From: Cyanophora paradoxa CCMP329
Lineage: Eukaryota > Plantae > Glaucophyta
NCBI GenBank assembly: GCA_004431415.1
Contig: QPMI01000207.1
Coordinates: forward strand, 1 to 64,000
DNA length: 64,000 bases
Direction of reading: 5' to 3'
Each line of letters begins with the position of its first letter. Position 1 is the first letter of the stretch. Both the position numbers and the translations under genes were made by a program. The notes beneath the pieces are model-generated. The model ran no database searches. It was not told the DNA's origin and worked only from the letters and a program-made list of their open reading frames with translations. Shown here piece after piece: positions 60,701-64,000 of this stretch.

Positions 60701-62162
60701 TGTTGAGGTCCGTGAGGTACCCCTTCGGGTCCACCACCGTCTGCCCCGTCACCGAGTCCGACATCTGCTGCCGGCTCGCCCCGCGGAGCGCGGCGGGGCG
60801 GGGCGGGCGAGGGCGGGGGCGGGGGCGGGCCTTGTCGAGCTTGAGGGAGAGCACGGTGCCACGGCCCTCGCCGACGGCGGTGAGGTCGGCCATGGGCGTG
60901 GCGAGCCCCGCGGGGGTCTGCAGCCCGGGCGTCTCCAGGCCGCTACGCAGCGCCCGCGGGTCCAGCGCCGTCACCCGCTCGTTCTCCTGCCGCGCCGCCT
61001 CCAGCAGCGAGTCCGGCGCCGGCGTGTACCTGCCCGCCCCCCGCTGAGGCCCCCGCCGCCGAGGGGCGGGGCGGGGCGGGGCGGGGGCGGGCGGGGGCAC
61101 TTCTCGAAGGTCTTCTTGCGGGGCCTGTGGTCGCCGACCTCGGGGATGTTGGCCCAGTCGGAGTCGGAGAGCTGGGCGAGGCCGCGCTTGAGGTCGGCGA
61201 ACTGCTGCTGGATCTTCGGCTTCTCCTTCCGCTGCCGCTCGCTCTCCTCCGCCGCCTTCGCCTCCCTGGCACCCCCCGCCTCAGCCGCCCCGCCCCGCCC
61301 CGCCCCGCGCGGCCGGCGGCCGGCAGCCGGCGGCGCACCGCTTTGCGCGGCGCCGCCTGTCCATATAGTCGTCTACCGCCTCGTAGATCTCGTCGGCCTC
61401 GCGGTCGTCCTGCCGCCCGCCGCCCGCTCAAGCGGGAGAAAGGGAGGAAAAGGGAGCGGCGGGGCGCACGTCCTCGTAGGGCATGTTGGTGTTGAAGAGC
61501 GAGCCGCCGAAGCCGGAGAACTCGTCGTAGTTCGCGTCGTCGTAGTTGCCGTCGTCGTCTCCTTCCTCCCTGCGGCGCGCTTGCTCAGCCGCCCCGCCCC
61601 GTGCCGCGCCGCGCTCCTTAGCTAAGCGAGGAAAGGAGCGGAGAGGCGCACAGCTTGCGCTTCATGATGGCCTGCATAGCCTTCTGGATCTCCGCCTGCT
61701 CGACGATGCCATTGCCGAGGGAGCCACCGCGACCGAAGCCCGAGGCACCACGCCCAGCGCCCGCCACATAGTTCGAGGGTGCAGGCCCGAAGTCCTTCTT
61801 CGGCGCGCCCAGGTTCGGCGTCGCCTGCTGCAGGTCCTTCCTGCAGGATGCGTACGAAGGCGGGCCGCGTGAGACGGACGCGAGCACGCTTGCGAGCCTC
61901 GATCGTTCCACGCGGCGAACGCACGATACTCTCAGGTTTGTGACCTCTTTCGTCGTCGCCAGGCGTGCGCCTCCTGTTTCCATGCCTGTGGTGAAGCCCA
62001 CGGCTCTGCGGAAGCGCGAGCAATCAGAAACACGCAAATGCGCGGCGCTGCATCGCGGAGGCGTGGGGCGGGGTGCGCTCACCCTCGACCGAGGCCGGCG
62101 ACATATCCTGCTTGCTTCTCGAGGGCTTGTTGTCTGAACTTGTCATCTGCCGGTTGGAACAT
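57735..62162 (-). CDS. PRPF6: Pre-mRNA splicing factor PRP6 (U5-102K)
   Basis: [61 protein letters not shown] repeats, PRHGEKW. Confidence 0.97.
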
Positions 62163-62366
62163 GGCTGCCGATCGCTTCTGCGTCTGGGTGCTGTCAACTA
62201 CGCCCGTACCCGGGTTCAGCTCGTCCCCCCAGGAGAAAAACAAAAGGCGGGAACTCGCGCCGCGCATCCCTGGCGTCGGCAGCGCGTCCCAGCGCCGCCC
62301 ACGAGGCGCCTCTGTGATTTTAGAAGCATCTGAGCGCCCGCTTCTGCGGATCGGGCTTCGGGAGAG

Positions 62367-64000
62367 ATGGCGCGCCGCGGCGACGCAACCGACTCGTCTG
62401 GCAACTTCAGCGACTCGTTCGAGAGGTTCTACAATGCACCTCTATCTGAAGACGACAGCGACGCCTCCCCTCGCTTTGGGCCGCGCGGCGGAAACCCGAA
62501 CAAGGTCCCGTTAGCTACGGCCAGCTCCGCGCGCGTGCAGGGCAGGCAGAAGACTTCTCTCGATGGTACGGCACGGCCCAGGCGCCTCTGGCGTCGCTGG
62601 CGCTAACGGCGCACCGCATCCGCAGAGTCGACGAGCGACCTGAGCGAGGGGGAGCTCCAGAGCTTGGCGCAGCTGCGGGAGGAAGCGAAGCGCAGCGGCA
62701 CGGGCGTCTCTACTTCGGGCAGCCGCGACCCGTACTCCGGCATCGACCTCGGGTCCAACCCCTTCACGTCCTCGGCCGCCCCGCGCGGGGGCGCCGCGAG
62801 CGGCGCGCGGGACCCGTACGCGGCGATCGACCTGGCGGCGCCGCTGCCGGTGCCGCGGCGAGGCCAGGCGCGGGGCCAGGCGCTGGTGGCGGCGACGTCG
62901 CCGCTGCATCGCTCGCGGCCGCCGCCGTTCGAGTCGCTGCCGGAGGGCGACGACGCGTTCGAGTCGGCCTTCGACGAGGACCCCTTCAAGCTGGAGAGCG
63001 GCGAGCCGTCGCCGGCCGCCCGCCCCGAGCTCGCCGCCCGCCGCGCCCTCTACGGGGACGAGAGCGAGGGGGAGGGGGAGGACGAGGACCTGACGCTCGG
63101 GCCCGGCCCGCCGCTCCCGGGCCTCGAGGGCCCCGCCGCCAAGCCGGGGGCACCCCGCGAGCGCCCCCCCTCGCCCCTCTACTCCTCCCCCGACGCCAGC
63201 CCCGGCGCCGCCCCGGAGAGCGCGCCCAGCAGCGCCGCGCCGAGCTCGGGGCGGGCGGCGCCGCCTCCGCCCGAGGCGTCGGAGAGCCCGGGGGCCGGGG
63301 CGGGGGCCGGCGGGGCGGCGGACGACTCGTTCGGGCCGGAGGGGCGGAGGACGGCGAAGCGGAACCTGGACTTCGGGGCCGGGGCCGGCTCGGGGGAGCG
63401 GCGGAGCAAGGCGGTGAGCGCGAGCGTGGAGGCGCTGGTGGCGGAGGCGTCGGACGAGGAGGAGGCGCGCGAGGCGGAGCGCAAGCGCGACTTCTTCGCG
63501 CGCCTCGCGGAGACCCACGGGTGCGGGCCGCCCGCCGCCCCCAGCGCGCCCGAGCTGAGGGGGCGGGGGCAGGTCGGAGTCGCTGGACATCTCGCGCCTG
63601 CAGCAGACGCTCGACGCCGAGATCGCCGCCGAGGCCGACGAGGAGGACCGGGAGGAGCAGGCGGCCCCGGGGCCCGGCGCCGCCCCCGCCCCGCGGGCCC
63701 CGGCGGCCCCCGTGCCGGACCTGCTCGGCTCGTCGAGCCCCGCGCAGGGGCCGGCGGGGGCGGGGGCCGGGGGGCGCGCGGGGGCCGGAGCGACGAGGAC
63801 TCCGTGCGCATCACCTTCGCCTCCACCGCCCTCGCCTCCCGTGCGCCCCGCCCCTCTCCCCCGCCCTCCTCCCCGCTCACGCCCCGCAGCCCCGGCCCGC
63901 CCCTCGCCCATCGCCGAGTCCCCCTCGATGTCCGCCTCCGCCTCCCTATCCCCTCGCCGGCCCCGCCCGGCCTTCGCCCCAGCCCGCCGTCCACCTCACC
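62367..64000 (+). CDS. Hypothetical low-complexity protein, 3'-partial
   Basis: ATG 62367, GT-AG introns, long acidic/Pro-rich exon; no recognisable domain. Confidence 0.5.

Noticed and set aside
1-64000. Hundreds of long Arg/Pro/Gly/Ala-rich ORFs on both strands
   Set aside because: Shadow frames caused by very high GC and intron read-through; the real genes are spliced.

Overview
Very GC-rich, gene-dense eukaryotic nuclear DNA. It is probably a plastid-bearing protist or alga: several genes have Phe-containing transit-peptide-like N-termini and the style resembles glaucophyte DNA, but this is inference only. Genes are split by many ~50-90 nt introns, so most six-frame ORFs are fragments or shadow frames. 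About 20 intron-rich genes can be reconstructed: O-methyltransferase, RlmD/TrmA, RPC7, CrtI-type desaturase, acid lipase, DUSP12/YVH1, a truncated NRT2, an arrestin-domain protein, ARMT1, PLA2, EBP2, PLRG1, an ADCY10-like cyclase, a PARG-like protein, a 4x AP2-like repeat protein, PRP6 and unknowns. Highlights: (1) a spliced gene at 15360-22980 fusing an intact USP deubiquitinase, AT-hooks, a CW zinc finger, an AP2 domain and zinc fingers to the N-terminal half of a TnpB/Fanzor2-like protein. That half carries an HRDC-like insertion and stops right after RuvC-I. It is followed by a hairpin-rich candidate omega-RNA and preceded by 11-bp-phased repeats reminiscent of IS607 ends, making it a candidate nuclease-dead RNA-guided chromatin effector or cargo-laden Fanzor element. 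(2) Four tandem copies of a dual-guide H/ACA snoRNA in a PLRG1 intron, with both pockets matching conserved LSU rRNA pseudouridine sites. (3) An unusually high share of GC-AG introns whose use correlates with exon-terminal AG.
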